Below are positions 1 through 13,499 of a DNA stretch of 64,000 nucleotides, one piece after another. The notes below the pieces were generated by a model. The model had not been told where the DNA came from and made no database searches. It was given only the letters and a program-made list of their open reading frames with translations. How positions within the stretch are numbered: position 1 is the stretch's first letter; each line of letters starts with the position of its first letter. Source of the stretch: Mobula hypostoma (taxonomy: Eukaryota); the NCBI RefSeq assembly GCF_963921235.1, contig NC_086097.1, positions 110,052,001-110,116,000 on the forward strand, read 5' to 3'. The position numbers were made by a program, and so were the translations under genes.

Positions 1-97
1 CCCCAAGGGTGGTCTACATATGGATGAGCTGCCAGAAGAAATGGCTGAAGCAGGTACCTTTCGTAACATTAAAAAGCACTTGGACAAGTCCATGGAT

Positions 98-710
98 CAG
101 AATCAGAATCAGGTTTAATATCATTGAAATTGTTGTCTTTGCAGCAGCAATACAATACAATACATAAGTCATAAAAATGTAAATTACAATATGTATTATA
201 TATATATACACACACATCAGATAGTTAAATAAGTAGTGCAAAAATAGGTAGTGTTCATGGGTTCAATGTCCATTCAGAAATCGGATGACAGAAGGAAAGA
301 AGCTGTTTCTAAAGCATGAAGTGTGTGTCTTTAGGCTCCTGCACCTCCTACCTGATGGCAGCAATGAGAAACAAGACATATCCTAGGTGGTGGGGGTCCT
401 TAATGATGGATGCCTCCTTTTTGAGGCATCTCTCCTTGAAGATGTTCTGGATACCCTCGAGGCAAAAGCCATTGATGGAGCTGATTTAGCTTGCAACTAA
501 CTGCAGCTTATTTTGATCCTGTGCAGTAGCCACCCCTCCCCCCCATTCCAGATGGTAATGCAGCCAGTTAGAATGATCTTCACAGTACATACTGTATGTA
601 GTAATTTGCGAGTGGATTTGGTGACATACCAAATCTCCTCAATCTCCTAATGAAATATAACCACTGTTGTGCCTTCTTTGTAGCTGCATCAATATGTTGG
701 GCCCAGGATA
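98..710 (-). mobile_element. Rex1/Babar-like LINE, 3' fragment
   Basis: (ATTCTG)n-type tail on the minus strand at about 98-112; decayed 3' ORF (ASIIKDPHHLG-like) shared with other Rex1-type copies in the window. Confidence 0.6.
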
Positions 711-995
711 GGAAAGGTTTAGACTATAGACTGCATTTGTGATCTCCTTGATTGAACTCAAACTGACAGTACGACAGATTAAATCCCAGCTCTTCCTGTA
801 TTCCCCACCCTGATATTTTACCACTTCTCACCTGCCTATTACTTCCTCTTGTGTCTCCTCATCCTTCCCCTTTTCCTAATGTTCACTCTCCTCTCCCATC
901 AGATTCCTTCGTCTCCAGCCCTTGACCCTTCCCACCCACCTGGCTTCACCTGTCACCTTCTAGCTAGCCTCCTTCCCCTCTCGCTACCTTTTTAT

Positions 996-1330
996 TATAG
1001 AACATAGAACAGTACAGAGCAGGAACAGGCCATTCAGCCCACAATGTTGTGCCAAATCAAAAACACCCCAACACTAATCCCTCTTACCTACACAATGTCC
1101 ATATACCTCCAACTTCTTTCCATCCATGTGCCTATCCAAATGTCTCTGAAAGGCCTCCAATGAATTTGCCTCTGCCACCATACTAAACAGCACATTCCAG
1201 GCATCCACCACTCTCCGAGTACAAAAGTTACACCTCACAGCCCCCTTAAAGCTACCCCCTTTCACCTTGAATGCATGCCCTCTGGTATTAGACATTTCTA
1301 CCCTGGGAAACAGATACTCCCTGTCTACCC
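996..1330 (-). mobile_element. CR1 LINE, 3' fragment
   Basis: ORF 1074-1403 has LFPRVEMSNTRGHAFKVKGG...RRVVDAWN, the CR1 ORF2 C-terminus; short tandem tail atagaacatagaac. Confidence 0.85.
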
Positions 1331-1417
1331 TACCACCTGGAAGGACTGTTTGGAGCCCTGACACTTCACCCGTGATTCTGTTGGAATCATGATCCACTAT
1401 CAATTACTCCAAATGAC

Positions 1418-1632
1418 TGGAAGTAGAGTAAACACTGAAAGGCTTTTATTAACAGTAAAATGGATTCATGTCCATGCTGTATGTCTGCCCTGGACTGAGG
1501 GAGGAGCAGTGACACGATCGCCTTTGTTCAGGGGTCTGTGGGAGGAGCCAGTGGGAGGAGCCACAGGAGCAGTCAGCAGAGGGGCATGTCCAGACAGGTA
1601 ACCCAGTTAAAACATATATATGGTTTACCACA
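1418..1632 (-). repeat. 3' LTR of the Gypsy element
   Basis: Minus strand starts TGTGGTAAACC right after PPT AAAAAAAGGAGGGGTGAA and ends in CA; contains AATAAA. Confidence 0.7.
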
Positions 1633-3552
1633 TTCACCCCTCCTTTTTTTAAAAAAGAGTCCTGCGGGGTGAAGTGACTGACACTATTTAAAACAAGTAT
1701 ATTTACAGGTCAAGTCTAGCAGGCGGTCGAGTCCGTCGCTGTGATCTATATAGCACCAGTAGTAATTGCACCGGCGACCGTGGTTGTGCTGGCTCCAGCC
1801 TGACTTGAGGTGTCGGCACGTTGGACGTCGGTAATCCCTCGTGCGTGTGCGTCGCGCCCGTAATGGGAGTGTCGTGTGGTGTCTGTGTAGGGTTTGGAGT
1901 GCGTGTTGTCTCGTGGGTATATATATCTGTGGATACGGGGTTAATAGTCACCATGGAGTGTTCAGGTTAGGGGCCTGGTGCTCCTGCTGGCGCCAGGTCG
2001 CAGATGGAGACCGTGTCCTCCCGCCCATCAGGTAAAACCACATAGGCATACTGGGGGTTCGCATGAAGTAAGTGAACCCTCTCGACCATAGGGGAGTATT
2101 TATTGCTCCTCACATGCTTCCGGAGCAGCACTGGCCTCAGGGACGTCTGCCAAGTTAGTAGGGTGGTCCCAGTGGTCGATTTTCTGGGGAAAGAAAAGAG
2201 TCACTCATGAGGGGTGGCATTGGTTGACGTGCATAACAGGGAGCGGATGGAGTGGAGTGCCTCGGGAAGGACCTCCTGCCAGCGGGAGACTGGCTGTCCC
2301 TTTGACCTGAGGGCTAAGAGTGTGGCCTTCCACACTGTGTCATTCTCCTTCTCCACCTGTCCATTCCCCCTGGAGGCATCACTCTCTACTTGGAAGGGAT
2401 TGGCCTCGTCCACCGCAATCATTGCTGCTTTGGCAATGTCCCTTTTAATGCAGCTGAAGGCCGCGCGGGCCTCGGCTGAGAGGGGGAATGTGGTGGACTT
2501 GACCAGGGGTGGGCCTTGTCTGCATAGTTAGAGACCCATTGGGCGTAATATGAAAAGAAGCCCAGGCACCTTTTGAGGGCTCTGAGAGTATTGGGAAGAG
2601 GGAGTTCCAACAGGGGGCGCATACGGTCGGGGTCAGGGCCAATGACTCCATTCTCCACGACACACCCAAGGATAGCAAGTCGGCTGGTCCCGAATACACA
2701 CTTGTCCTTGTTATAGGTGAGATCGAAAATTTCTCCAAGCGGCCAAAGCTTTCAGAGGTTGTTGTCATGATCTTGCCGGTGGTGACCGCAGATGGTGATG
2801 TTATCCAGATATGGGAACGTGGCCTTCAGTTGGCACTGGTCCACCATCCGGTCCATTTCCCTCTGGAAGACAGATACACCATTCGTGACACTGAAGGGGA
2901 CGCGCAGGGAGTGATAAAGCCTGACGTCTGCCTCGAAGGCTGTGTAAGGGCGGTCCTCCCGGTGGATGGGGAGCTGATGGTAAGCAGATTTTAGGTCTAT
3001 GTTCGAGTACACCTTGTACTGTGCTATCTGATTGACCATATCCGTGATGCAGGGTAGAGGGTACGCGTTGAGCTGCGTGAACCTATTGATGGTCTGGCTA
3101 TAGTCCACGACCATCCTATTTTTCTCCCTGTTCCGAACAATGACCACCTGCGCCCTCCAAGGACTTGTGCTTGCCTCAATGACCCCCTCCCTGAGCAGCC
3201 GCTGCACCTCCGACTTAATGAAAGCTCTGTCCCCCGCGCTGTACCTCCTGCTTTTAGTTGCTAAAGGTTTACAGTCGGGGGTCAGGTTGGTGAACAGTGG
3301 TGGGGGAGGGATCCTGAGGGTGGAGAGGCCGCAAGTGGCGTTGGTAGTGCGGCAGTTGGCGTGGTGTTGGGTGGGATGTGTGGGTCGGTGTGAGGGGGTG
3401 GTCAGTAGCGGGGTATGTGATGTATCCCTACAAAACTGGGGACTTACGACAGTGATTGGTGGGAGGGGCCCATCATACTTCATTGTCATGCTTTTCAGGT
3501 GGCTCTGGAAGTCGAGCCCCAATAGCACAAGGGCACACAGTTGAGGCGTGAC
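1418..3552 (-). mobile_element. Ty3/Gypsy LTR retrotransposon, 5'-truncated and internally deleted (protease end, RT, RNase H/integrase remnants, 3' LTR)
   Basis: ORF 2752-3528 has RT motifs SPWRAQVV, RMVVDYS, IDLKSAYHQ, PFSVTNG, YLDNI; RGNGQVEKEN integrase piece fused to VESDAS; polypurine tract at 1633-1650 next to the LTR. Confidence 0.9.
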
Positions 3553-4470
3553 TCCGGTGTTGCCTGCTGTATATCGGTGAGACCTGATGTAGATTGGGAG
3601 ACTACTTTGCCAGAAAAAGCGGGATCACCCAGTGGCCACTCATTTTAATTTCACTTCCCATTCCCACTACAATATGTCCTCTACTGTCCCAATGAGGCCA
3701 CATTAGAAACATAGAAACGTAGAAAACCTACAGCACAATACAGGCCCTTCGGCCCACAAAGCTGTGCCAAACATGTCCCTCCTTAGAACTACCTAGGCTT
3801 TACCCATAGCCCTCTATTTTTCTTAGCTGTACGTAGCCATCCAGTAGTTTCTTAAAAGACCCTATTGTATCCGCCTCCACCGCCGCCACCGGCAGCCCAT
3901 TCCACGCACTCACACTCTGTGTAAAAAAACTTACCCCTGACATCTCCTTTGTACCTACTTACATTGAGGTTGGAGGAACAGCACCTTATATACCATCTGG
4001 GTAGCCTCCAACCTGATGGCATGAACGTCAATTTCTCATACTTCCGGTAATGGCCCCACTCCTCTCATTCACCATTCCCCTCCCCTTTTTCCTCTCTCAC
4101 TTTACCCCCTTGTCCGCCCATCACCTCCCTCTGGTGCTCCTCCCCCCTTTTCTTTCTTCCATGGCCTTCTGTCCTCTCCTATTAGATTCTTTCTTCTCCA
4201 GCCCTGTATCCCTTTCACCAATCAACTTCCCAGCTCTTTATTTCACCCCTCCCCCTCCCGGTTTCACCTCTCACATTGTGTTTCTCCCTCACCTCCCCCC
4301 AACTTTTAACTCTACTCCTCATTCTTTTTTCTCCAGTCCTGCTGAGGGGTCTTAGCCTAAACTATCAACTGTACTCTTTTCCATTGATACTGCCTGCGCT
4401 GCTGAATTCCTGCAACATTTTGTGTGTGTTGCGTGGATTTCCAGCACCTGCAGATTTTCTCTTGTTTTTT
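3553..4470 (+). mobile_element. Penelope-like element, 3' part (GIY-YIG remnant plus pLTR), interrupted by CR1
   Basis: LLYIGET motif; LEEQHLIYHLGSLQPDGMN; pyrimidine-rich tail with a degenerate hammerhead. Confidence 0.8.
3706..3960 (-). mobile_element. CR1 3' fragment inserted in the Penelope element
   Basis: (TAGAAACA)n-type tail; ACATT repeated on both sides and the Penelope sequence rejoins across it. Confidence 0.75.
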
Positions 4471-4499
4471 TATGGACTTCCTTCAGTGGGTACTTCAAA

Positions 4500-5060
4500 G
4501 CAAGAGAGATACCACAAAAATTGTGAATTGTGACTTAAAACCATTCACTCTCACATGGAGGATAAACAAAGCACAGTGAGCATTATCTTCCACACCAACG
4601 TCCCCAGCACTGAGACCCGGTTACACTGTTGGCTCCATTAGAAAGGTCATATTATTCACACAGGTGACAACAATCTCCTGAAGCAGCCACTCTAGTTCAA
4701 GCAGAAAGTTAGTAGGTTATCAGAGAAAAAAAAATTCAAGGGTTCCCTGAAAGCATCCCAGGAAAAAATGAAATCAGATATCCTCACCAACTCTTTGGAG
4801 TCTTCGGACTATTAGCACTCACATGGAGAAAGCTGGTTTCGAGTGGCATTGCAAACTATGCATCGTCACAATGAGGGCTTACAGAGGTTCGGTGCAGGTG
4901 CTGAAGAATTACACCAGCTCCATTCTATCCTGCCTGCTCCATCAAGTATCTCCTGCTCCAACTTCAACCAAGACCACATATCCAACATTGGCCTCAAAAC
5001 CCAGGGAATCTAGGTGAAAGCAGGTCATTCTTGACCCTGAGGGACTGTCTAAGTGAGAGA
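4500..5060 (+). mobile_element. Old RTE-clade LINE, 3' remnant
   Basis: Decayed KKFKGSLKAS segment resembling the RTE ORF C-terminus (KRFKDSLKASL). Confidence 0.4.
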
Positions 5061-5329
5061 AGGAAAATTAGAAACAATTCAATAAGCTCATCACAAACAG
5101 CTGCGTACGTGTAACAAGAAGAATTAAGAAATTGCCCTTTTGGCTCAGAGCTTCCCACACTTGCAATTTTATCTCCAGATTACAAATCAAGTGTGCTGTC
5201 TTCTGCACTATGTTTCCAAGACAAGCTCCACAAGGTCCTTTCAGAAGTGCTGAGCTTAATCTGCTAGCCTTATCACTTCAGGTAAAACTGACAGGCACAA
5301 CAGGAGGAGGTAATGGAAGTCCCATCGCA

Positions 5330-5690
5330 GAACTTTGAGCACATAATACGGGCACGTAGTTTGTGCAGTCTTCACAGGAATGCTGCACCGACTTCTAGAT
5401 GAAATTCGAATATGGTTAAAACTGTAAGAGATCAGTCCTCCAAGATGAATGCAAAATGTTTATGGTACCATTTAAAAAAGGCAGAAATCCCCTCGGTCAT
5501 TCTATCAGCATTATCCATTATCCAACAATGAAAATAAAGAATGAGATTTATTTATTTTGATGCTGACTTTATCGGTGTTTCCGGGAACTTGCTGTGTTGT
5601 ACTCTTCATTACAATGGGGTCTACACGTGGAATAACTTACTGAAGGTGGAATTATTTAACAGAGGTTTAAGATCTTTCTTCATTCAACAT
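5330..5690 (+). mobile_element. Highly decayed Deu-domain SINE (SacSINE1/AmnSINE-like)
   Basis: tttgagcacataat...gtgcagt...ggaatgctgcac...gggaacttgctgtg are colinear with the Deu-SINE consensus as I recall it. Confidence 0.5.
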
Positions 5691-6413
5691 TTAAAATATC
5701 AATGGATGCAAAAGTGGTAATGTTAGTGGAGTTTGAAATTCAGTGTGCTGAATGGCTTTTCCCTTTTGCTTACATTTTTGAGTTTGTAATTTGTGTACAA
5801 AAATGCATTATGGTGGATTTCACACACATTACCCCCTATCTGAGGGAACTTTGGAAACTGAGTGATAGCATTTGGAATCCCAGTAACACCTTAACCTTGT
5901 AAAGTTACATCTCTTTGTCTAAAGTAAATTCTGAGCCAGTATTCTCGTCAGATATTAAGTTTAAACATAGCTACGAGTTTCAACTTAAATCTCCAACTGT
6001 TTTCACCCTCTACAGTATTCTGCTTAGTTTACCACATACCCATCATTTTCATATCCACAAGTAAACCCTCTCGCTGACCCTCCCAGATCCCAGCCTGATA
6101 CTGGCAAGATGCAGCTGCCAACAGCCTGCTGTGCAGCATTCAGAGAAGGGTCTGGGCCCTGAAAGGCACTCTCCTCATGATAGCTCTCCATGTTCAGCAG
6201 AGCAGCAATCTACTTACAATTGGCATCTAGCTGCTGAGTATTCCCCATGGCAAACACACAGCAACACTGTTTGCCTTAGAGGAGGAAGAAGCCTTTCTCC
6301 AGGTTGCTGCACAAGCAGAATTAATTTCTTATGTGAGCAGAGAGACGCCACATCTAAACTCATCTCTCTTGTAAGGGCACAGACATGCATCCTACACTTG
6401 TACACCTATCCAC

Positions 6414-6809
6414 CTCTTTTGCCCGTTATGCCACTGGTGCTTAGGGCAGCGATGAAGGTCCACCATCTCTGGCAATGTGCACGCCTTCCTTCATTGTGTC
6501 AGTAGCTTTCCACTCGGTTTACTGTCAATCATGCAAGTCCCGGGTGGAGACTCAGGAATACCGCCGCACACAGATGTGGAGGGATTCTTCTTTGCCGTGT
6601 CCGTAACAGTTTGACCAGTCTGGGTTGTTGGCCCAGAGCTGAACCCCCGAACCTGGAGGATCAGTGGACCATTCTTGGTCTGGCCTCTACCCTTTGACCT
6701 GTTTGGCAAGGGTGACTCTACCAAGAGCCAAAACAGAAGCCCTGACTCCAGCCAGTATAGCTCTCCGGGTCATTAAGGCACGCAATCCTCCAAACCACAA
6801 CAAATTTTT
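6414..6809 (-). mobile_element. Non-autonomous RTE derivative (RTE 5' UTR joined to RTE 3' tail)
   Basis: 11-bp TSD CACCTATCCAC at 6403-6413 and 6810-6820; 5' end TTGTTGTGGTTTGGAGGATTGCGTGCCTTAATGACC resembles RTE/BovB 5' ends. Confidence 0.7.
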
Positions 6810-7299
6810 CACCTATCCACTGCTCTAGGCTATTTCAGATCAGAGCAATAAACACATAAACACAGCAGCAAAGCAGACATGGATGCTTAAGCTCAAAGAA
6901 AAAAAAACTTTTAAGTTCATATTGTAAACTTTAATTTCATTGTATGAATAGTAATTTTCATTATACAAAAGACCTTTCAGTTCCTTTTTTTATTCCCCCC
7001 CCCCATATGATCTTCCAATAGTGGAACACTGTGTGGTCATGCAAGTCTGGCATTGATGCATACCCATTAAACCTTTGCATGGTCAGGATAAAATAGCACT
7101 TATTTCAGTACAAGTGTTATTTAGGCAATTGCTGCTAGCGCTGTTGGATGCTTTTCAATTAAAGACTGTCTCATTATTTAATTATTAATTTTTATTTATT
7201 TAATCATTATTTAACAGCAGATGAGTGTTAAATAATTAAGACCCTGTAATCAGCAAATGAATATGATTTCTGATTTCAAGTATATTCCGCTCTCAAAAA

Positions 7300-8630
7300 C
7301 CACCACTTGTGTGCTCTGCAGGTTCACCGCTGTGTAACTGGGTGTTGGATCACCAAACCAAGAGACCTCAGATAGTCAGGACGCACAACCATTCCTCTCT
7401 CCTCATCATCCTCAACACGGGTGCCCGCCCCTCCCCCCAGGCCTGTGTGCTGAGCCCACTGCTGTACACTCTGCTCACACATGACTGCACTGCCAAACAC
7501 CCGAGCAATCGCATTGTCAAGTTCACCGATGACACGACAGTGCTGGGGCTCATCACAAACAACGATGAGGCGGTCTACAGAGAGGAGATGGAAGAGCTCG
7601 AGGCCTGGTGCCGGACAAATAACATTTTCCTCAATGTCAACAAGACAAAGGAGATGGTTATTGACTTCAGGAAAACTCGCACCACTCACACCCTCTTTAC
7701 ATCAGTGCACAGCAGTGGAAACTGCAAACAGTTTCAAACTCCTGGGAGTGCACATCACACACAACCTCTTCCAGTCCCAGGCCACATCCTACACAGTCAG
7801 GAAAGCTCACCAATCCCTTTCCTTTCTGTGGAGGCTGAAGAAAGCTGGACTATGCACATCAGAGATGTGCAGCTCAGAGCATCCTAATAAGCTGCATCAC
7901 TCTGTGGTTCGGAAACTGTACTGCAGCGGGCATGAAGGCCCTACAAGGGGTAGTCAAAACTGCTCAACACATCACCGGCACCAGCCTATCCACCAACAAG
8001 GAGAGGAAGGTGCCATCAGAAAGGATCCCTCCCACCCTGCTCATGAACTGTTTGTTCCACCACCATCAGGGAGGAGGTTATGTAGTATCCACACCAGGTC
8101 CACCAGACTCAAAAACAATTACTTTCCCCAAGCAGTAATGCTAATCAGTACTTCCACCCATTAACCCACCATACCATATACTCCCCACCACAACTACTTT
8201 ATCATTTCCTTACGTACAGACACTCCAGTGCCTAGCAGGATTTTATGGACAAACAATTACAGTATCTAATCTCGGGGAGGGGGAATTGTTGATCGCCACC
8301 ACTTACACGCAGGAGGGGAGAGCGGGAGGGGGTGCTTTGGGGTTCTCACATTTAACTGTCGCTCCTTCTTTGGGGCACTTCTCTGTTTTTGTGGATGTTT
8401 TGCAAAGAAAAAGCATTTCAGGATGTATATTGTATACATTTCTCTGACCTTAAATTGAACCTTTGAACTTTTATATTTATTGTGTTTTTTTATTATTGTA
8501 TTCTTTATCGTATTGTGTTTTTTTGTGCTGCATCAGATCCAAAGTAACAATTATGCATTACACATTTTGTTCTCCTTTACCATTATGTACCGGAAATGAA
8601 ATTGAACAATCTTGAATCTTGAATCTTCCC
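7300..8630 (+). mobile_element. Rex1/Babar-like LINE, RT and 3' end
   Basis: LCNWVLD...LNTGA..QACVLSPLLYTLLTHDC...KFTDDTT; frameshifts; (AATCTTG)n tail near 8610-8625. Confidence 0.85.
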
Positions 8631-8869
8631 CGTCCTTAATTTAATCTGTTGTTGAGTTTGACTGAAGTTGAATAAGAGGTTGTTGTTGCAGCACCACTCA
8701 GATGTACCCTGCCCCGGTATGCTGATGCATTACCCCCGATTCGTAGATCTCCAATGGTGTTGTCAGCAGATTTGTATATGGCACCAGTCATCCGTGTGCA
8801 AAGAGTAGAGCTGGATGCTAAGCATGCAGTTTTGAAGATGAAGATTCATCCCACAGAAGAAGAAGCATT

Positions 8870-10070
8870 CTAAAGTGAATGAGGCAATAATGGCTGAGAA
8901 GGGATCTCAAAGACAGCATAAAATGAAAAGAAAGGACATAAAGTACAGCAAAAAAATTAGCAGGAAGCTTTTAAAAATCAACAGAAGATAATTTTTAAAA
9001 AACATGAAGGAGGAAATAGTTGCAATTACTGAGGAGAAGGTGCTTCAGAATTTGAAAGGACTGAAGATAGATAAGTCACCTGAACCAGATGGTGCTACAT
9101 ATGAGGCTGCTTAACAAGGTAAGAGCCCATGGTTTTACAGGACAGATATTAGCATGGATAGTATATTGGCTGACAGGCAGAAGGTAAAGAGAGGGAATAT
9201 AAAGGATCTTATCCGAATGACTGCCGATGTTTGTGGTGTTCTGTGTGAATCAGTGTTGAATCCACTAGTTTTCACATTATATGTTTCTGAGTTGGATGAC
9301 AGAATTGATGGTTTTGCAGCCAAGTTTGTGGATAATACAAAGACAGATTGAGGGGCAAGGAGTTTTGAGGAAGCATAGAGTCTGCAGAAGGCCTTGGTTA
9401 GATTAGGAGAATGGGCAAACAGGTGGCAGATGGAATATACTGTGGGGTAGTGTATGGTCATGCACTTTGGTAGAAGGAATACAGCATAGAGTATTTTCCA
9501 AACGCAGAGTGAACTCAGAGGTGCAAATGGACTTGAGGGTCCTAGTACAGGAATCCCTAAAGGTTAATATGCAGATTTAGCCGGTAGGAAGAAAGACAAA
9601 TGCAATGTTAGCATTTATTTCAAGAGGACTAGGATATAAAAACAAGAATGGAATGCTGACACGCTATAAGGCATTGGCCAGACCACATTTAGAGTATTGT
9701 GAACAGTTTTGGGCCTCACTTCTAAGGAGGATGTGGTGGCATTGGAGGGGAGCCCAGTGGAGATTTATGAGAAAACTGTAAATCTGCAAATGAAAAGGAT
9801 AACGTATGAGGAGTGCTTGATGACTGCATTCATTGGAGTGTAGAAGGGTGAGGGGGCATCTCATTGAAATATACTGACTATTGAAGGCCTGGATAGAGTG
9901 AATGTGGAGAGGATGATTCCTATAATGGGGTAGTCTAAGACCAAAGGGCACAACAAAGGTTATTCAGAAAAGTCAGAAGAATAGGGTTGAAAGGGAATAT
10001 TTATTAGCCATGATTAAATGTCAGAGCAGACACAATGGACCTAATTCTGCTCCTATGTCTTACGGTGGTG
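8870..10070 (+). mobile_element. Decayed CR1 LINE (RT and 3' end)
   Basis: DKSPEPDG, LADRQK, KFVDNTK and RPHLEYC remnants. Confidence 0.8.
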
Positions 10071-10339
10071 GTCTTGTGGTTTAAACTGTATGCAGTGCTC
10101 CCTCACCGATGACTTGTATAAATGCAATATGAAGACCTACTTTCTATACTTAAATTCCTGGCTGATGAAGGTCAGTATGCTGAACATCTTTTTCACCTCC
10201 CTGTCTACCTGTGATGCTGCATTTAATGAACTCTACACTTGTACTCCTACATCCCTTTGTTCCATGACACTTCCTAGTGCACTACAATTCATTGTAAAAG
10301 TCCTACGTTGATTTGACTTGCCAAAATGCTTACCTCAGG

Positions 10340-10914
10340 TCAGGTCAGGTCAGTCAGGATACACAACTGTCTACAGGTAGGAGGTGGAAGAGCCCAAAGC
10401 CTGGTGCCAGGCAAACAACCTCTTCCTCAGTGTCAAGAAGACAAACAAGGTGGTTATTGACTTCAGGAGAACTCATACCACTCACATTCCTCTTTACATC
10501 AGTGGAAACTGCAAGCAGTTTCAAACTCCTAGGAGTGCACATCCTGCACAACCTCTCATGGTCTGAGAACCCATCCTACTTAATCAAGGAAGCTCACTAC
10601 TGTCTCTACTTTTTGGGAAGGCTAAAGAGAGCTGGACTATGCACATCGATACCAATGTCCTTCCACAGATGCGCATCCTAACATTCTGCATCACTACAGT
10701 ACATAGTGCAGACATGGCACTGCAGCTGCCAGGAAAGTCCTACAACTGGTAGTCAAAATTACCCACCTCATCACAGGCACCAGTCAACTCACCATCAAGG
10801 ACATACTGAATATAAAGAAAGGTACTGGAAAAAGGCCAGCTATATCATGAAGGATCCCAGCCACCCTGCTCATGGACTGTTTGTCCCACTGCCATCAGGG
10901 ATGAAGTTATGCCA
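10340..10914 (+). mobile_element. Rex1/Babar-like LINE fragment
   Basis: WCQANNLFLSVKKTNKVVIDFRR; FKLLGVHI; IMKDPSHPAHGLFVPLPSG. Confidence 0.8.
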
Positions 10915-11049
10915 TGTCATTGGTGATTGACTGGACTCTGAAAATTCACACTCTTACTTACTTGTGCAAAAGAACAGCCAGGCCCCTGTCACCACACTGT
11001 TCTGAAGTTTAAACAAAGAAGTGACATTTTTTTAACAGAAATTGACCAG

Positions 11050-11914
11050 TGTTATGTAACCGGCAATGATGAATATCAACCAAGTCAGGTTATATAAAAA
11101 CAACCAAACATTTATCAAACACTGATATACAATAAAAAAAACAAACTAAAACTTTAACTGGAAATTAACCGCTATGCGGACTTTCTACAAACAGCCACTC
11201 AGTACTAGTTCTTAAAACGATAAATGCGAAAACAGTTCTGAAAGCAGTAAAGTCAAACACAGTTCTTAAAATGGTGAATTCGAAAGTCCTGCAGATTTAT
11301 ACATCCAATTGGGATAGACTTCTCTGGAGAAGGATTTCTTCATAGACGCAACTTTCTTGCTGGTTCTGTCCAAAGGATTCACAATGAAGGAAATAAACGG
11401 CTTAAAACAACTGACCTTTATTTCTAGAGAGCAAACCTTGCATGAACTTCCTTGCTCTTTTGGCAGGAGTTATCTTCGATGCAGGTTACTACTTCTTCAA
11501 TAAAGACTCAATAAGGTCGATCCTTTATTAAACTGCCAAACATTACCAACTTCTCTTAATCCTTCAGATCCTGTACTTCGATAAAGTCTTCACTCTCCAA
11601 TACTACTGAAAAGGTACATCAACAAACCTGGCAGAAATTGCCAGTCCAGCACTATTGTACCTTATAATAGAACGTAACACTCCGTTTTAAAAATGTAACT
11701 GCTTCATAAAACAAATACGCAACAGAACGGAAAAACTGACTAACGTTCTAGCTGGAAAACTAACTGCGTCACCAGGGGTCTTCCCTTTTATACCCGTGGT
11801 GAACATGTCATCACGTGACCTCATATTGGCGGGAAAATTACATCAGGTGACCTCCAAAAGACCATTACATCATTCTCACAAGAAAGTCACAAGATTTCCT
11901 TGAGGTATGTAACA
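11050..11914 (-). mobile_element. Solo LTR (865 bp) inserted in the ERV 3' LTR
   Basis: TGTTA...TAACA termini; 4-bp TSD CCAG; TATAAAA on the minus strand near 11790; the empty site matches the other ERV LTR (aattgaccagttgtacaaa). Confidence 0.85.
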
Positions 11915-12369
11915 CCAGTTGTACAAACATTGATCCAATAGAAAAGAAGATTAGCAATATAGAGTGTATGTAATGTTATCTATTGTAAGTCTAGATGCAT
12001 AGGTTGGAGTCATTTATGGGTAGTACAGTCCCCTACTCATTTCACAGCTCTAGTCTTGTTAACAAACTAGAAAACAGAACCAAACACAGTAAGATTCAAA
12101 GGCATTGACAAATCGCCTCCTGAAGTGTTGGGCCCTCTGAAACAATCCAAACAGCTCTACTAGTTAGCATGCAAGGCCTATTCATAACTAAGATGAAGAA
12201 AATTGTTTGGCGTGTTGGTGTCAAGAGGTAGTTCTGTACTTACGCCGAAACGTATGCACAGACTATCCAAAAAGTATAACATGTAACTATCACTTAAGGT
12301 TGCAGTAGTAATGATAAAATAGTTTAATTAGTCAGTCCTTGTTATCAGGGTTCTTCTGGCTGCTGGTTC

Positions 12370-13150
12370 CCTGGACTAACTTGATGTACAATACAAGTTG
12401 TCTTACCCTTCAGAGCAGTATATGTGATAATCAGTACTTGAAATAGGCCTTCCAACCAGGACTCAAGGGAATTCTTTCATCAGTAGAATCTCACCAGTAC
12501 CCAATCTTCTGACTGATGTCATCATGATATTCGTAGATTTCAAACACCTGTTGCTGGAAACTTTTAAGATTTGTGTTAGTTCTTCATGATAATCCAACAT
12601 GCGTTCACTCATGGATGTCCATTTGTTTAACCAAAAGGGCAAGACCAACAGGCAAGCATGTGGGACGTCCCAATGCTACCTCATGTGGAGCTACGCCTGC
12701 ATGGTTTAGAGTGCAGCACATTGTCCAGAGAACCAGTGGAAGTGCCTCTGGTCATGTTAGTTCAGTGTGATACTTACACTGCAAGGCTTTTGTTAACTCC
12801 TGTATCACCTTACCCATAAAATAAGAACTGTTATCACTTGAGATCTTCTTCGGGGTTCCAAACCTAGAAATAAATTCTCTTAATAAAAGTTTAAGAACAA
12901 TGATAGCATCTTTTCTACAAGTTGGATAGGCTTCTAACCATTGAGAAAACAAGTGTATAGTTAAAACATTAAGGCAATTTCATAAAGACTATTTGAAGAT
13001 GTACAAATGGCCTCCAAGGGGAGGGCCCAGCTGTGGGAGATACTGGGATTATATCTCTGGCAAATCATACAGTTTGCCGCCACTTTTCCTGCTATAGTTG
13101 GGACTCTTGGCCAGTCCCAAATCCCCTGCGTAGTACGATGGCATAACATT
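12370..13150 (-). pseudogene. Retroviral integrase remnant
   Basis: HHCC-like (CHRTT...CMICQRYN); core FSQWLEAYPT...REFISRFGTPKKISSDNS; C-terminal EGLFQVLIITYTALK (GPY/F-type). Confidence 0.85.
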
Positions 13151-13499
13151 AAAACGCCATCCGGCTCACATCAGGCAGAGGATGAAAAAAGCAGGAGAGA
13201 AGGGCTTACTGGGATGGTCCAGCAGTAATTACTTCACAGATTTTTCATATGGGTGATCCAGACCTTCTGCAGAGTAATGTGCCATATAGTAGCTGGACCC
13301 AGATGTCAGGGGTGAAGATTTCTCTAACAGTCTATGAATTTCTGAGCTGTTGCAGTTGTTCGACCATAGTAAATGCACTGGCAGACAAAGAATTGTTCGT
13401 AAACCTCCACCAGTAAACTTTGGGTTTTACCTGAACCATTTCTTCTAACACAGTACAGACTGTTGGATATACCGTCCCTGGGGTCTCAAGTTGTACTCC

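Noticed and set aside
1414..3552. TGAC on both sides of the truncated Gypsy as a TSD
   Set aside because: The right-hand TGAC is part of the Gypsy protease coding sequence (VTPQLC) and there is no second LTR, so it is probably chance.
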